From positions 1 to 64,000 of IMG/VR virus record IMGVR_UViG_3300006749_000011: DNA of 64,000 bases. The stretch is one strand, 5' to 3'. The stretch comes from a virus. Below the pieces are notes generated by a model that searched no databases, had not been told where the DNA came from, and was given only the letters and a program-made list of their open reading frames with translations. A program made the translations under genes and the position numbers. Positions 10,519 to 19,973 of the stretch are shown here, piece by piece (the stretch's first letter is position 1; every line of letters starts with the position of its first letter).

Positions 10519-11129
10519 GACACAATCCTTTTGAAATAGTTAGAATGTTTGAGGAAACTGTAGCTGATTATACCGGTGCACCATATGCTGTATCGACTGA
10601 CAATTGCACTGATGCCCTTTTAATTTGCTGTGAGTACCTTGGGGTAGAAGAAGTCATAATACCTTCTAAAACCTACCTTTCGGTCCCGCAATCAATAATG
10701 CATGCTGGTGGTAAAGTTAAGTTTAAAGACTACCTATGGAATGGCGTTTACCAATTAGAGCCCTATCCAATATGGGATGCTGCAAAGAGACTTACATCTG
10801 GAATGTATATCCCGGGTTCCTTTATGTGTCTTTCTTTTCACATTAAGAAACATTTAAAAATTGGAAAAGGTGGAATGATTCTTACAGACAATAAAGATGC
10901 TGTAGAGTGGTTAAAAAAGGCTCGTTATGAAGGAAGAGGTCCTGTTAAGTATCACGAGGACAATATACAAATAAATGGCTATAATGCCTATATGTCTCCT
11001 GAAATGGCTGCAAGAGGTTTAATGCTCATGCAAAACTATCCAGAACATATGCCAGACTTACCAGAAGAGCCTTATTATAGAGATCTTCGTGAATTTGACT
11101 TATTTAAAAACATTGAGGTGATAGGGTGA
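10515..11129 (+). CDS. Short DegT/DnrJ/EryC1/StrS PLP sugar aminotransferase
   Basis: FE...YAV...CTDAL, DAA, SFHxxKHL (PLP lysine), GGMILT; only 204 aa. Confidence 0.85.
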   Translation: MRHNPFEIVRMFEETVADYTGAPYAVSTDNCTDALLICCEYLGVEEVIIPSKTYLSVPQSIMHAGGKVKFKDYLWNGVYQLEPYPIWDAAKRLTSGMYIPGSFMCLSFHIKKHLKIGKGGMILTDNKDAVEWLKKARYEGRGPVKYHEDNIQINGYNAYMSPEMAARGLMLMQNYPEHMPDLPEEPYYRDLREFDLFKNIEVIG

Positions 11130-11935
11130 AAATAGCAGTTTGTTTACATGGATATTATGGAACAGTTAGTACTGGTGACTTTTCCACTTCTAAAGGTGGA
11201 AAACAACACATCGAAGAACAGATTTTAAGTAAATGCAAAAATGCAGACTTTTATGTTCATTGTTGGCAACCAGAATTTAAGCAAGAAATAATCAACAACT
11301 ACAATCCAAAACAAAGTATTTTTGAAGAACAAATAGACTTTAAAAAAATTTGCTTAAAAAACAAAATTTATCAAAACTATTTTGATGAACTGTTTCAAAG
11401 AGAAAAAACAATGTATAAAAATGCTAATATCTACAGGATACTTAGTTTTTATTATTCTAGATGCGAATCTATTAAAATGGCACTAGATAAAGGTTATGAT
11501 TGGATTATCACCACTAGGTTTGATATATCTCAAAGGGGCGGTGATGAAGTTAATCAAATCAGGTTTTTAGTTGATCAAGAAAGAGACTATCTTTACACAA
11601 CTGAGTGGAATCAAAAAAATGCTGGATACGGAGATATGTGGTTCTACGGTTCAAATGAAATCATGAAAGAGTATTCAAAGATTTATAAAGCAGCTTTATC
11701 TGATTTCAAACCATTATCAAAATATGAAAAAACAGTAACAACAGCTTGGCCAGATTCAAATTATTTTGATGTACATAGTTTTTCTGATACAAGACAATTT
11801 ACAAACGAAGTTGACAAAAAAGAAAAAAGTAAATCATTAATGAAATTTCCTAAGTGGAGAGTAACTGATAGTCATTTATATCATAAATGGTTTTGCATGA
11901 ACAATGGTTTGTATGAAAAAACAAGGTGGGTGTAA
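11126..11935 (+). CDS. Putative glycosyl/polyol-phosphate transferase
   Basis: MKIAVCLHG...HCW...YDxIIxxRFD...D.WFYG pattern typical of uncharacterised transferases in glycan loci; position in operon. Confidence 0.5.
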   Translation: MKIAVCLHGYYGTVSTGDFSTSKGGKQHIEEQILSKCKNADFYVHCWQPEFKQEIINNYNPKQSIFEEQIDFKKICLKNKIYQNYFDELFQREKTMYKNANIYRILSFYYSRCESIKMALDKGYDWIITTRFDISQRGGDEVNQIRFLVDQERDYLYTTEWNQKNAGYGDMWFYGSNEIMKEYSKIYKAALSDFKPLSKYEKTVTTAWPDSNYFDVHSFSDTRQFTNEVDKKEKSKSLMKFPKWRVTDSHLYHKWFCMNNGLYEKTRWV

Positions 11936-12648
11936 TGGAGGCTTATGTATTTTATTCACATTATGATTATTCTGATATTTGGCCTCTTATGTTTGGGCAA
12001 AGTAGAAAGTTTTTATCTGATAAAAAGAAGTATCTTGTAACAAATAAGATAGAACAAAAATTAAGTAACGACTGGCAGGTCGTACTCTATAACGACAACA
12101 AACCTTATCAACAAAGAGTTTATGAAAGTTTAGAAAAAATAGATGAAGAAATTGTAATCTTTCATCATGAAGACATGTTTTTGTTAAACAATCCTAACTG
12201 GAAAGTCATGAATAATTTGATAGACTTAGTTAAAAATGAAAAAATTGATTTAATTAAGTTACTAAAAGCCTCATACGACAACAGAGAGCATTATAAAGAA
12301 AGAAATAATATTTTCTATAATCCTGAAAATCTATTATTTGCAATACAACCAACAATAATAAAAAAAGAAAATTTAACAAAAATCTATAAACACACAAAAG
12401 GTGACAATATTTGGCAATTTGAAAAAAATTCAAATTCATTAATTAACTATTTGAACTATTCTAGTTGCTATTATCACGAAGGAACAGAAAATAAAAGAGG
12501 TATGTTTCACTGGGATAGTAATGTATACCCTTATATTGCCACGGCAGTTGTAAAAGGTCAGTGGGATTTTGGAACATACAAAGAAGAATTAACAACTCTA
12601 CATAAAGAATATAATATAGACACAAAAAAGAGAGGTAAATATGTCTGA
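11935..12648 (+). CDS. Putative GT-A-type glycosyltransferase
   Basis: HED acidic motif, WQFE; TAATG coupling sets the start at 11935; operon context. Confidence 0.45.
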   Translation: MEAYVFYSHYDYSDIWPLMFGQSRKFLSDKKKYLVTNKIEQKLSNDWQVVLYNDNKPYQQRVYESLEKIDEEIVIFHHEDMFLLNNPNWKVMNNLIDLVKNEKIDLIKLLKASYDNREHYKERNNIFYNPENLLFAIQPTIIKKENLTKIYKHTKGDNIWQFEKNSNSLINYLNYSSCYYHEGTENKRGMFHWDSNVYPYIATAVVKGQWDFGTYKEELTTLHKEYNIDTKKRGKYV

Positions 12649-13372
12649 AAAAATGAAAGTTTTAATACCACTAGCTGGAGCTGGGTCTAGATTCTCCAAA
12701 GCTGGTTATAAAGACCCAAAACCATTGATAAATGTAGCCGGAAAACCAATGATTCAAAGAGTTATAGAGAACATAGGTCTAATAGAAAACGAGCATATTT
12801 TTATTGTTCAAAAAGCTCACATGAAAAAATACCCAAAAATGAAAGAATATTTATTGAGTTGTGTAAAAAACAGTGTTTTAGTAGAGATTGATTCATTAAC
12901 AGAAGGAGCTGCATGTACCACTTTATTAGCTAAAGAGCATATAAATAATGATCAACCACTTTTTATTGCAAATGCCGACCAATGGGTTGATTGGGACTCT
13001 AAACACTTCCAAAACTACTGCAAAGGATTAGATGGTTGTATACCTTATTTCTTATCAGATAGCCCAAAACACTCATACTCTAGAGTAGACTATAGTACTG
13101 GTAATATAACACAAGTTGCTGAAAAGCAAGTTATAAGTAATTTTGCCACAGTTGGAATGTATTATTGGGCTAAAGGTTCTGAGTATGTTTCTTGCGCAGA
13201 AGAGATGATAAAAAGAAATATTAGATTTAATAATGAATTTTATATATGCCCAGTATATAATATTTTAATTAATTCAAGAGGCGGAGTGGTAAAACCATAT
13301 CCAATTTATGAAATGAGAGGAATGGGAACACCGGAAGAGCTTGACAAATTTTTAACTAAACTGGAGAAATAA
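12641..13372 (+). CDS. Sugar/polyol-phosphate nucleotidyltransferase (NTP_transferase family)
   Basis: IPLAGAGSRF...PKPLI, EGAACT, NAD, AEK, EFY, GTPEE. Confidence 0.9.
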   Translation: MSEKMKVLIPLAGAGSRFSKAGYKDPKPLINVAGKPMIQRVIENIGLIENEHIFIVQKAHMKKYPKMKEYLLSCVKNSVLVEIDSLTEGAACTTLLAKEHINNDQPLFIANADQWVDWDSKHFQNYCKGLDGCIPYFLSDSPKHSYSRVDYSTGNITQVAEKQVISNFATVGMYYWAKGSEYVSCAEEMIKRNIRFNNEFYICPVYNILINSRGGVVKPYPIYEMRGMGTPEELDKFLTKLEK

Positions 13373-14562
13373 TGAAAATTTTTAGAAATATTAACGAGAT
13401 TAACAAAGACAAATACATTTTGTGTGATTATTTTTTATCTTCTAACAAAACACTTAGAGACGCTGCATGGGGTCTAAGTATAGGACAAAGTGTTGGGAAT
13501 CCCAATGTAAGAAATCACTGGGAAACCGATGAATTATTCGAGAATCATTCTTGTTTTGTGATTGGAGATGAAGAAGAATTAAAAACCAAAACTGAAGGAG
13601 AAGTCACTATTGCTTTTCCAATAGCAAATACAGACTTTAAGACTGATGGTATGTCACACCTATTATGTCAATTTATGGGTGGACAAATGGACATTGACAT
13701 TGTCAAAAAATGTCACCTTTTGAAAGTTTCTTTTCCCAAGCATATTGAAAATGATTACTTTTTAAAGCCAAAATACGGAATTAAAGGAATTAGAAAATTT
13801 ACCAGTACCCAAGACAAGCCTTTGTTCGGTGGTATTGTAAAGCCTAAAATTGGTGTTAATAGTGATATACTCTTAGAGATGGTAAAAGAGATGGTAGAAG
13901 GTGGTATTAATTTTATTAAAGAAGATGAAATTATGTCAAACCCTGCTTGTTGTCCGATTGAAGAAAGAGTGCCAAAAATTATGGAATACTTAAAAGATAA
14001 AGATGTAATTTATGCTGTTTGTATTAATTGTGATCCACATCATGTTATAGATAGAGTTAAAAGAGTTTATGAATTGGGAGCAAATGCTGTACATATTAAT
14101 TTTTGGAGTGGTCTCGGAGTCTATAAGTCAATCAGAGAACTGGATCTACCTATTTTCATTCATTTTCAAAAAAGTGGAGACAAGGTTTTAACAAACAAAA
14201 GTCATGATTATCATATCTCTTGGGATGTTATATGTGATTTTGCTGGTCTTATGGGTGTTGATTTCATACACGCAGGAATGTGGGGTGGTTATATGTCTGA
14301 TAATGAAGATGAATTGAGAGAAACTTTGAGAGTATTACACAACAGAGGAGTTATGCCGGCTCTAAGTTGTGGGATGCATGCAGGTCTAATAGAAGCCATA
14401 AACAAACGTTTTGGTATAGACTATATGGCTAACGTAGGTGGAGCTATACATGGCCATCCTGGTGGTTCTAGAAGCGGAGCTAAAGCGATCAAACAGTCTA
14501 TAGACAGAGAATATGGAAAAGAATATGAAATTGCTATTAAAAAATGGGGAATTGTTGAATGA
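13372..14562 (+). CDS. RuBisCO-like protein (form IV type)
   Basis: GIVKPKIG, GGINFIKEDE (carbamyl-Lys/Mg motif), DFIHAG, PALSCG, GGAIHGHPGG; 396 aa. Confidence 0.92.
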   Translation: MKIFRNINEINKDKYILCDYFLSSNKTLRDAAWGLSIGQSVGNPNVRNHWETDELFENHSCFVIGDEEELKTKTEGEVTIAFPIANTDFKTDGMSHLLCQFMGGQMDIDIVKKCHLLKVSFPKHIENDYFLKPKYGIKGIRKFTSTQDKPLFGGIVKPKIGVNSDILLEMVKEMVEGGINFIKEDEIMSNPACCPIEERVPKIMEYLKDKDVIYAVCINCDPHHVIDRVKRVYELGANAVHINFWSGLGVYKSIRELDLPIFIHFQKSGDKVLTNKSHDYHISWDVICDFAGLMGVDFIHAGMWGGYMSDNEDELRETLRVLHNRGVMPALSCGMHAGLIEAINKRFGIDYMANVGGAIHGHPGGSRSGAKAIKQSIDREYGKEYEIAIKKWGIVE

Positions 14563-14993
14563 TATTAATTTCCCACAGAGGAAACACAAATGGTGTAAAC
14601 AAAAAACTAGAGAATGACCCAGTTCATCTACAGTCCTTATCTGATATAGGAACCAATGTTGAGATAGATGTTTGGTTTGATGGAGAGCAATTGCTTCTTG
14701 GTCACGATGAGCCTAAACACAAAGTAGATTTAGATTTCTTACAAAATGAAAATTTTTGGTGTCATGCAAAAAATCTTTTAGCTTTAGAATATATGTTAGA
14801 AAATAAGATTCATTGTTTTTGGCACCAGTCTGATGATTACACTTTAACAAGTAATGGAGTCATATGGACTTACCCAAACAAATTAGCCACCAGTAAGTGT
14901 ATAATTGTTTGTAAAACATTTGAAGATACAGAATATTATTCAAACCTTAATATTCTTGGTATTTGTAGTGATTATATAGGAGAAATAAAATGA
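14559..14993 (+). CDS. Small GDPD/PI-PLC-like phosphodiesterase
   Basis: ISHRGN...EN...VEIDV...LGHD...HAKN...GICSD. Confidence 0.75.
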   Translation: MILISHRGNTNGVNKKLENDPVHLQSLSDIGTNVEIDVWFDGEQLLLGHDEPKHKVDLDFLQNENFWCHAKNLLALEYMLENKIHCFWHQSDDYTLTSNGVIWTYPNKLATSKCIIVCKTFEDTEYYSNLNILGICSDYIGEIK

Positions 14994-15943
14994 AACTAGT
15001 AGTAATAACAGGCTGTCTAGGCCTAATAGGTTCACACTTAACAAGACAATGTTTAGAAAAAGGTTGGCAAGTGTATGGTATTGACAAGTGCACATATGCA
15101 TCCAACGTACAATTTTTACCTGATTTTTATAAATATAATAACTTTACTTTTGTACAAGAAGATATCGCAGATTTAAAACATCTTCCTCATTGTGATTACG
15201 TTATAAATGTAGCCGCTGAATCTCATGTTGGCAATAGTATAATAGAATCTCAAGACTTTATAAAATCAAATGTTGAAGGTGTTAAAAATTTGTTAGATTT
15301 AATAAGAAAAAAACCTGCAAACATTGAACAAAGACCTGTATTCTTCCACTTTAGCACTGATGAAGTGTATGGCGATATTACCGAGGGCGAACATATCGAG
15401 ACAGATATTTTAAAACCTTCAAATCCATACTCTGCATCAAAAGCAGCAGCTGATATGTTGGTGTATGCTTGGGCTAGAACTTACGACATTGAGTATGTTA
15501 TTCTTAGACCCACTAACAACTATGGCATTGGACAGTATCCTGAGAAACTGATCCCTATTTGTGTAAAACAATTAATGCGTGGTAAGAAAATTAGATTACA
15601 CGACAAAGGGCTACCAATTAGAAACTGGCTTCACTCTGACGACACAGCAAACGCTGTTGTTACAATAATAGAATCAGGAATCACTAATCAAGTTTTTAAT
15701 GTAGCAGGTGGTTTTGAACAAAAAAACATTGAAACTACAATTCAAATTATAAAAGCTTTCTATGGAAACACACATAGAAACATTGAATCTTATCTAGACT
15801 TAGGTTACAAAAGACAAGGCCAAGACGTAAGGTATGCATTAAATGATAATAGATTAAGAAACTTGGGATGGAAACCAAAAAAGAAATTTGAGGAAGAACT
15901 TCCAAAAATAGTAGAATACTACAAAAATAATTTTAAATGGTAA
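14990..15943 (+). CDS. rfbB: dTDP-glucose 4,6-dehydratase (extended SDR)
   Basis: TGxxGxIG, AAESHV, STDEVYG, YSASK, NNYG..QYPEKLIP. Confidence 0.9.
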   Translation: MKLVVITGCLGLIGSHLTRQCLEKGWQVYGIDKCTYASNVQFLPDFYKYNNFTFVQEDIADLKHLPHCDYVINVAAESHVGNSIIESQDFIKSNVEGVKNLLDLIRKKPANIEQRPVFFHFSTDEVYGDITEGEHIETDILKPSNPYSASKAAADMLVYAWARTYDIEYVILRPTNNYGIGQYPEKLIPICVKQLMRGKKIRLHDKGLPIRNWLHSDDTANAVVTIIESGITNQVFNVAGGFEQKNIETTIQIIKAFYGNTHRNIESYLDLGYKRQGQDVRYALNDNRLRNLGWKPKKKFEEELPKIVEYYKNNFKW

Positions 15944-15957
15944 AAAGGAGAAAACAA

Positions 15958-16149
15958 ATGAAATTATCTGATCAAGCACTTGGAGCTATAATGATGGCTC
16001 TTCAAAAAGCCCTAACAGAGCAAACGGACATTGTTCCTGTTCTTAAATCTTTTGAACTGGACTTAATGGACAATGGAGAAATTCTTGTTAAGAACCCTCC
16101 GGTTGTGAAAACAACACCAAAAATACATACAGGTGAAGAAAATGCCTAG
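15958..16149 (+). CDS. Small hypothetical protein
   Basis: AGGAG RBS before ATG 15958 (MKLSDQALGAIMMALQK). Confidence 0.65.
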   Translation: MKLSDQALGAIMMALQKALTEQTDIVPVLKSFELDLMDNGEILVKNPPVVKTTPKIHTGEENA

Positions 16150-16390
16150 GTACGTTTACAAATGTACAAAATGTGAAGAAGAGTTCCAAGTTCGTCATGG
16201 AATGAGTGAAACTCAAGAGTCTTGCGAATTATGTGAATCGAAAGGAACTCTTCAACGCATTCCCCAATTGACTTCTATCTCTAAACCTCCGTCGGAAGAG
16301 GGAAAGAGAATCAAGGAAGCTATTGAGGATAATAAGAAAATTTTCAAAGAACTATATAACGAAGCGAGGACACAAACTTATGACGATTGA
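16142..16390 (+). CDS. FmdB-family zinc-ribbon protein
   Basis: MPxYxYxCxxC...CxxC; start at ATG 16142. Confidence 0.85.
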   Translation: MPRYVYKCTKCEEEFQVRHGMSETQESCELCESKGTLQRIPQLTSISKPPSEEGKRIKEAIEDNKKIFKELYNEARTQTYDD

Positions 16391-16805
16391 TGCTGCTCTT
16401 ACAATTGTGCTTTTAATGAGCTTAGGATGCAATATATTGGCCGCTGTTTACATTAGAGACATACTAGGTAGGCTTGGCTGGTTAACGCAAAATTTAGGCA
16501 ATTTAACTCAACTAATAAGGGGTTTTGAAAACCACATTAGAAGTGTTCATGAACTTGAGAAGTTTTATGGAGATGAAGATTTGAAACTGGTTGTGCAACA
16601 CACAAGCGACTTAATTGAGGTAATGGATGATTATTTAGAGGTCGGTTTGGATTCTGAATTAATCGAGGAAGAACTAACCAAGGACAACACAAATGACAAC
16701 GAGAAAGAGAAAGAAGAGAACAAAGAGAATGTATTTTACTCAGATACACAAGGACGCGATTCTGAAGTATTGCGCTCCAAATACAACATACCTGGAAAGG
16801 TGTGA
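16380..16805 (+). CDS. Membrane-anchored hypothetical protein
   Basis: GAGGA RBS, ATG 16380, hydrophobic N-terminal helix. Confidence 0.6.
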   Translation: MTIDAALTIVLLMSLGCNILAAVYIRDILGRLGWLTQNLGNLTQLIRGFENHIRSVHELEKFYGDEDLKLVVQHTSDLIEVMDDYLEVGLDSELIEEELTKDNTNDNEKEKEENKENVFYSDTQGRDSEVLRSKYNIPGKV

Positions 16806-17391
16806 GCTATACGAGTCCCTAATACAACCAGCATTCTCTGAGATGGTGGATAAAATAGTGTTTACTTATCGCTTTACTACTCTACCCAATATTGAAGAAC
16901 TAAGAACAGACTGTAAGGTTTGGCTTACCACTATATTGGCAAAATATGATCCCAACAGAGGATCAAAAGCGTTCTCTTATTTTTCAGTAATAACTAAAAA
17001 TTGGTTTATTCACCAAGTAAAAAAGAACACAAAAAGAGCAAAAAGAGAAGTTGACTTTGCTGATGCCGCTAAAGAAGTTTATGACAAGCTTGAAGCAAAA
17101 GAAGAAACTTATTATGAAATGCAAGTAAAGAAAGAGTTTTGGGAACAATTATTTAACGAAATTGCCTCTTGGGATTCAAAAAACATGTCAGAAAACGAAA
17201 AGAAAGTTTACGACGCAGTTGTAATAGTTTTGAACTCTGTTGAAGAAATAGAGATATTTAACAAAAAAGCTGTATACCTTTACTTAAGAGAGATTACAGG
17301 TTTGAGCACAAAACAGATTGTTTCTCAATTAAACAAGATGAGAGCAAAATATCAAATATTTAAAAAAGATTGGGATGAAGGCAAAATTTGA
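16693..17391 (+). CDS. Phage sigma factor, T4 gp55-like (late transcription)
   Basis: KYDPNRGSKAFSYFSVITKNWF resembles sigma region 2 of the gp55 family; lies directly before the structural module. Confidence 0.75.
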   Translation: MTTRKRKKRTKRMYFTQIHKDAILKYCAPNTTYLERCELYESLIQPAFSEMVDKIVFTYRFTTLPNIEELRTDCKVWLTTILAKYDPNRGSKAFSYFSVITKNWFIHQVKKNTKRAKREVDFADAAKEVYDKLEAKEETYYEMQVKKEFWEQLFNEIASWDSKNMSENEKKVYDAVVIVLNSVEEIEIFNKKAVYLYLREITGLSTKQIVSQLNKMRAKYQIFKKDWDEGKI

Positions 17392-17409
17392 CCTAAAACT
17401 AATTAATGT

Positions 17410-17706
17410 ATGTCAAAAAAACTAGATGAAATTATAAAAAAAGCTTTAGATAACATTGAAGAGGACCGTTTGGTTACTCGTGATTTGTTAGAAGATGCTA
17501 TGCAATACTTAGCCAAAGATGAATCAAGGCATAGAGATATTGGTCTTACATTAGCTAAGTATGTAGAAACTCTACAACGTTCAAACGAACAAATGGTAAA
17601 GGTAGCCACTCTTATTCAAAAAGAAGATAAGAAAGAAGATGGTATTTCCCAAGAAGAAATGGAAAACTTGTTTTCTGCAATAGCGGAGGAGAAGAACGAT
17701 GACTAG
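17410..17706 (+). CDS. Helical hypothetical protein heading the baseplate module
   Basis: 98-aa ORF overlapping the next gene; preceded by ACTAATTA motif. Confidence 0.65.
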   Translation: MSKKLDEIIKKALDNIEEDRLVTRDLLEDAMQYLAKDESRHRDIGLTLAKYVETLQRSNEQMVKVATLIQKEDKKEDGISQEEMENLFSAIAEEKNDD

Positions 17707-18979
17707 AAGAAAAGGAAAGTTCGGTTCTGCTGTAATAAAAAAGTTTTTCCAGAACGATGCTGGTTCTTATTTTGATTATATAATGAATAATATAGCAGAT
17801 GCTGTTGATGACGTTCAAACTACAAATCAACCAGAAGAGTTTGATGCTTTAATCATTTCGAAAGAAAGGGGAAAGGTAAGAAACAAAGTAAAGGGAACAG
17901 ATAAAGACTACCCATCTTATTATATAAGGTTTCTTGATGAAAATTATGGAACAGACACATCAGCCCTACCTGATCCTTTTCAAGTTTCTAGTATGGAAGA
18001 TTACAAAAGAAGACTACAGTATCACCCAATAGCAGTTGCTATGGAAGAAGGAGTAAAACACGAATTAAAATTTGGTTCAACTGTTATTGTTAAAAAGCAA
18101 GAAGGCACTTGGGTTATTAATAAATATGTGCTTGATACTAGTGAGAGTTATGAAGATTTTGTTAAAAGGGTGGCTGAAAAACAGAAAAATATCAAAGATT
18201 CACAATTTAAACCGCCACCAGAAGACCCACCAGAAGTAGATGCTGATACTGAAGAAGGTGCTAAAAATTATGATGAAGATGATACTATTCCAGGTAAAAG
18301 CCAACACGCCCCTTACATTGCAGAACTTAATCCCACAATGCAACCTATGGTTAAACACTTTATTTATGAAGTTTGGAACAGATTAAAAGTAGATATATAC
18401 TTTAATAGTGGCTATAGATCACCTGATCATCAAAAAAGACTTAGAGATGCTTATGATAATGGGGATGCTGATTATAAAAAAGATCATGCAAGACCAGCAA
18501 AACCACCCGTCTTTGAAAATAGTAAATGGTCTGGAGGTAGTCGCCACAATGTTGGCTTAGCAATTGATGTTAACGCAACATTAACCAAAACTGGTGTAAC
18601 TTTGGGAAAAAGAAGCCCGAGTGATCCAGAAGAAAATAAAAAATTGTGGATTGATTCAAGTGTCGTATCAGTTGCAGAATCAGTTGGGTTGAACTGGGGA
18701 GGGCACTTTACCTCCAATTTTGATCCCATACACTTTGATTTAAAAGTAAGTACTGTTGAAGAAATATTAAATACAGCAACTGAAAAAGGTATAGAAGCTA
18801 ATAAAGTAGATTTAAGCTCTTTTATGCCAAAAAAAGAAAAAGAATACGAGTTAGATGCAGAAGAGCAAACACTACTACCAGAAAACTATAGCTCAGAAGA
18901 AGAATTTGTGTCTGATGGTGGAACACTTGAAGCTTGGCAAGATTACGAGCAAATGCAATATAATCAGGAGTTTTATTAA
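17699..18979 (+). CDS. Baseplate-hub-type protein with M15 (VanY/Ply500-like) peptidoglycan peptidase domain
   Basis: SGYRS..Q, SRHNVGLAID (SxHxxGxAxD), WGG.F...DPIH. Confidence 0.8.
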   Translation: MTRRKGKFGSAVIKKFFQNDAGSYFDYIMNNIADAVDDVQTTNQPEEFDALIISKERGKVRNKVKGTDKDYPSYYIRFLDENYGTDTSALPDPFQVSSMEDYKRRLQYHPIAVAMEEGVKHELKFGSTVIVKKQEGTWVINKYVLDTSESYEDFVKRVAEKQKNIKDSQFKPPPEDPPEVDADTEEGAKNYDEDDTIPGKSQHAPYIAELNPTMQPMVKHFIYEVWNRLKVDIYFNSGYRSPDHQKRLRDAYDNGDADYKKDHARPAKPPVFENSKWSGGSRHNVGLAIDVNATLTKTGVTLGKRSPSDPEENKKLWIDSSVVSVAESVGLNWGGHFTSNFDPIHFDLKVSTVEEILNTATEKGIEANKVDLSSFMPKKEKEYELDAEEQTLLPENYSSEEEFVSDGGTLEAWQDYEQMQYNQEFY

Positions 18980-19965
18980 TGAGTGACGAACAATCACATG
19001 ATAACATAAAAAACGCACCAAAAGAAAAACAAGAAATCCAAAATAAAGAAAGAAAGGATTTAGGCTTTGATGGTGTCGATGGAGGACAAAAGACCTCTAA
19101 CTTTCCTTTATTTAACAAAGCTAAGTGCGAGAAGGTTTTGTCTCACGAAAATTCTTATATAGTTTTGGGTAAAGACAGGAACGCTAGTTTAAGATCTGGT
19201 AAGAGTGGCATGGGAGCTGATAACTGTTATGCTATAGATCTGGTTGTTGGTAGAAACTCATCAGCAAAACAAACGGGTTCACAAAATTCTAAAACCATGG
19301 TAGATACCAACTTTTTCACAGACGCAGCTAGAATATATATATCACAAAAATCTAACATAGATCACTATTTAGGGCTTGCTAAAGGTTCTGAAACTGGTGA
19401 AGATGATTCAAATAATCGATCTGCTGCTGCAATAAAAGCCGATCATGTAAGAATTGTTGGAAGGAACCACATCAAAATAGTTACAGGTAGAGGAAAAACA
19501 AGTGGAGTCGGAACAGGAGGGGAAAGAAACTCTCAAGGTGGAGACATAGAAGTAGTTGGAAAAATTGATTTTATTGCTGGAAATAACACAGACCCAACTG
19601 TTGGTTTAAGTATGCTTACTGCTGGTCCCGGAAGCTCTGTGAACAAACTACAACCATTAGTAAAAGGTGAGAACATGCTTGAATTGATGGAAGAAATGGT
19701 AGAACACGTTAGTAATTTATATAACTTTTTGCATAGTACAAACAGAGATTTAGCTTCCCTGCATTACCTGCTATCAGGATATTTTGCAGTTATACCCCCT
19801 TTAGCCCCATTGTCACCAGCTCTTCTTACAATGCCTGCGCTGATAGAAGCTAGAAAGATAGATATAACATTTCAACAAAATAACTTAGAAATAGGCACAA
19901 AAACTGACTATTTGACAGAGAAAGGCGAGAGATACATTAACAGTGCATATGTTAATACAACTTAA
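18979..19965 (+). CDS. Putative baseplate spike/hub protein
   Basis: Short beta-strand repeats (AARIYISQ, ADHVRIVGR, IKIVTG); sits between the peptidase gene and the gp25-like gene. Confidence 0.45.
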   Translation: MSDEQSHDNIKNAPKEKQEIQNKERKDLGFDGVDGGQKTSNFPLFNKAKCEKVLSHENSYIVLGKDRNASLRSGKSGMGADNCYAIDLVVGRNSSAKQTGSQNSKTMVDTNFFTDAARIYISQKSNIDHYLGLAKGSETGEDDSNNRSAAAIKADHVRIVGRNHIKIVTGRGKTSGVGTGGERNSQGGDIEVVGKIDFIAGNNTDPTVGLSMLTAGPGSSVNKLQPLVKGENMLELMEEMVEHVSNLYNFLHSTNRDLASLHYLLSGYFAVIPPLAPLSPALLTMPALIEARKIDITFQQNNLEIGTKTDYLTEKGERYINSAYVNTT

Positions 19966-19973
19966 GGTATAAA

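Noticed and set aside
13372-14562. CO2-fixing RuBisCO (auxiliary carbon-fixation gene)
   Set aside because: K334, H294, E60 and N123 equivalents appear substituted; no rbcS or prk in the window
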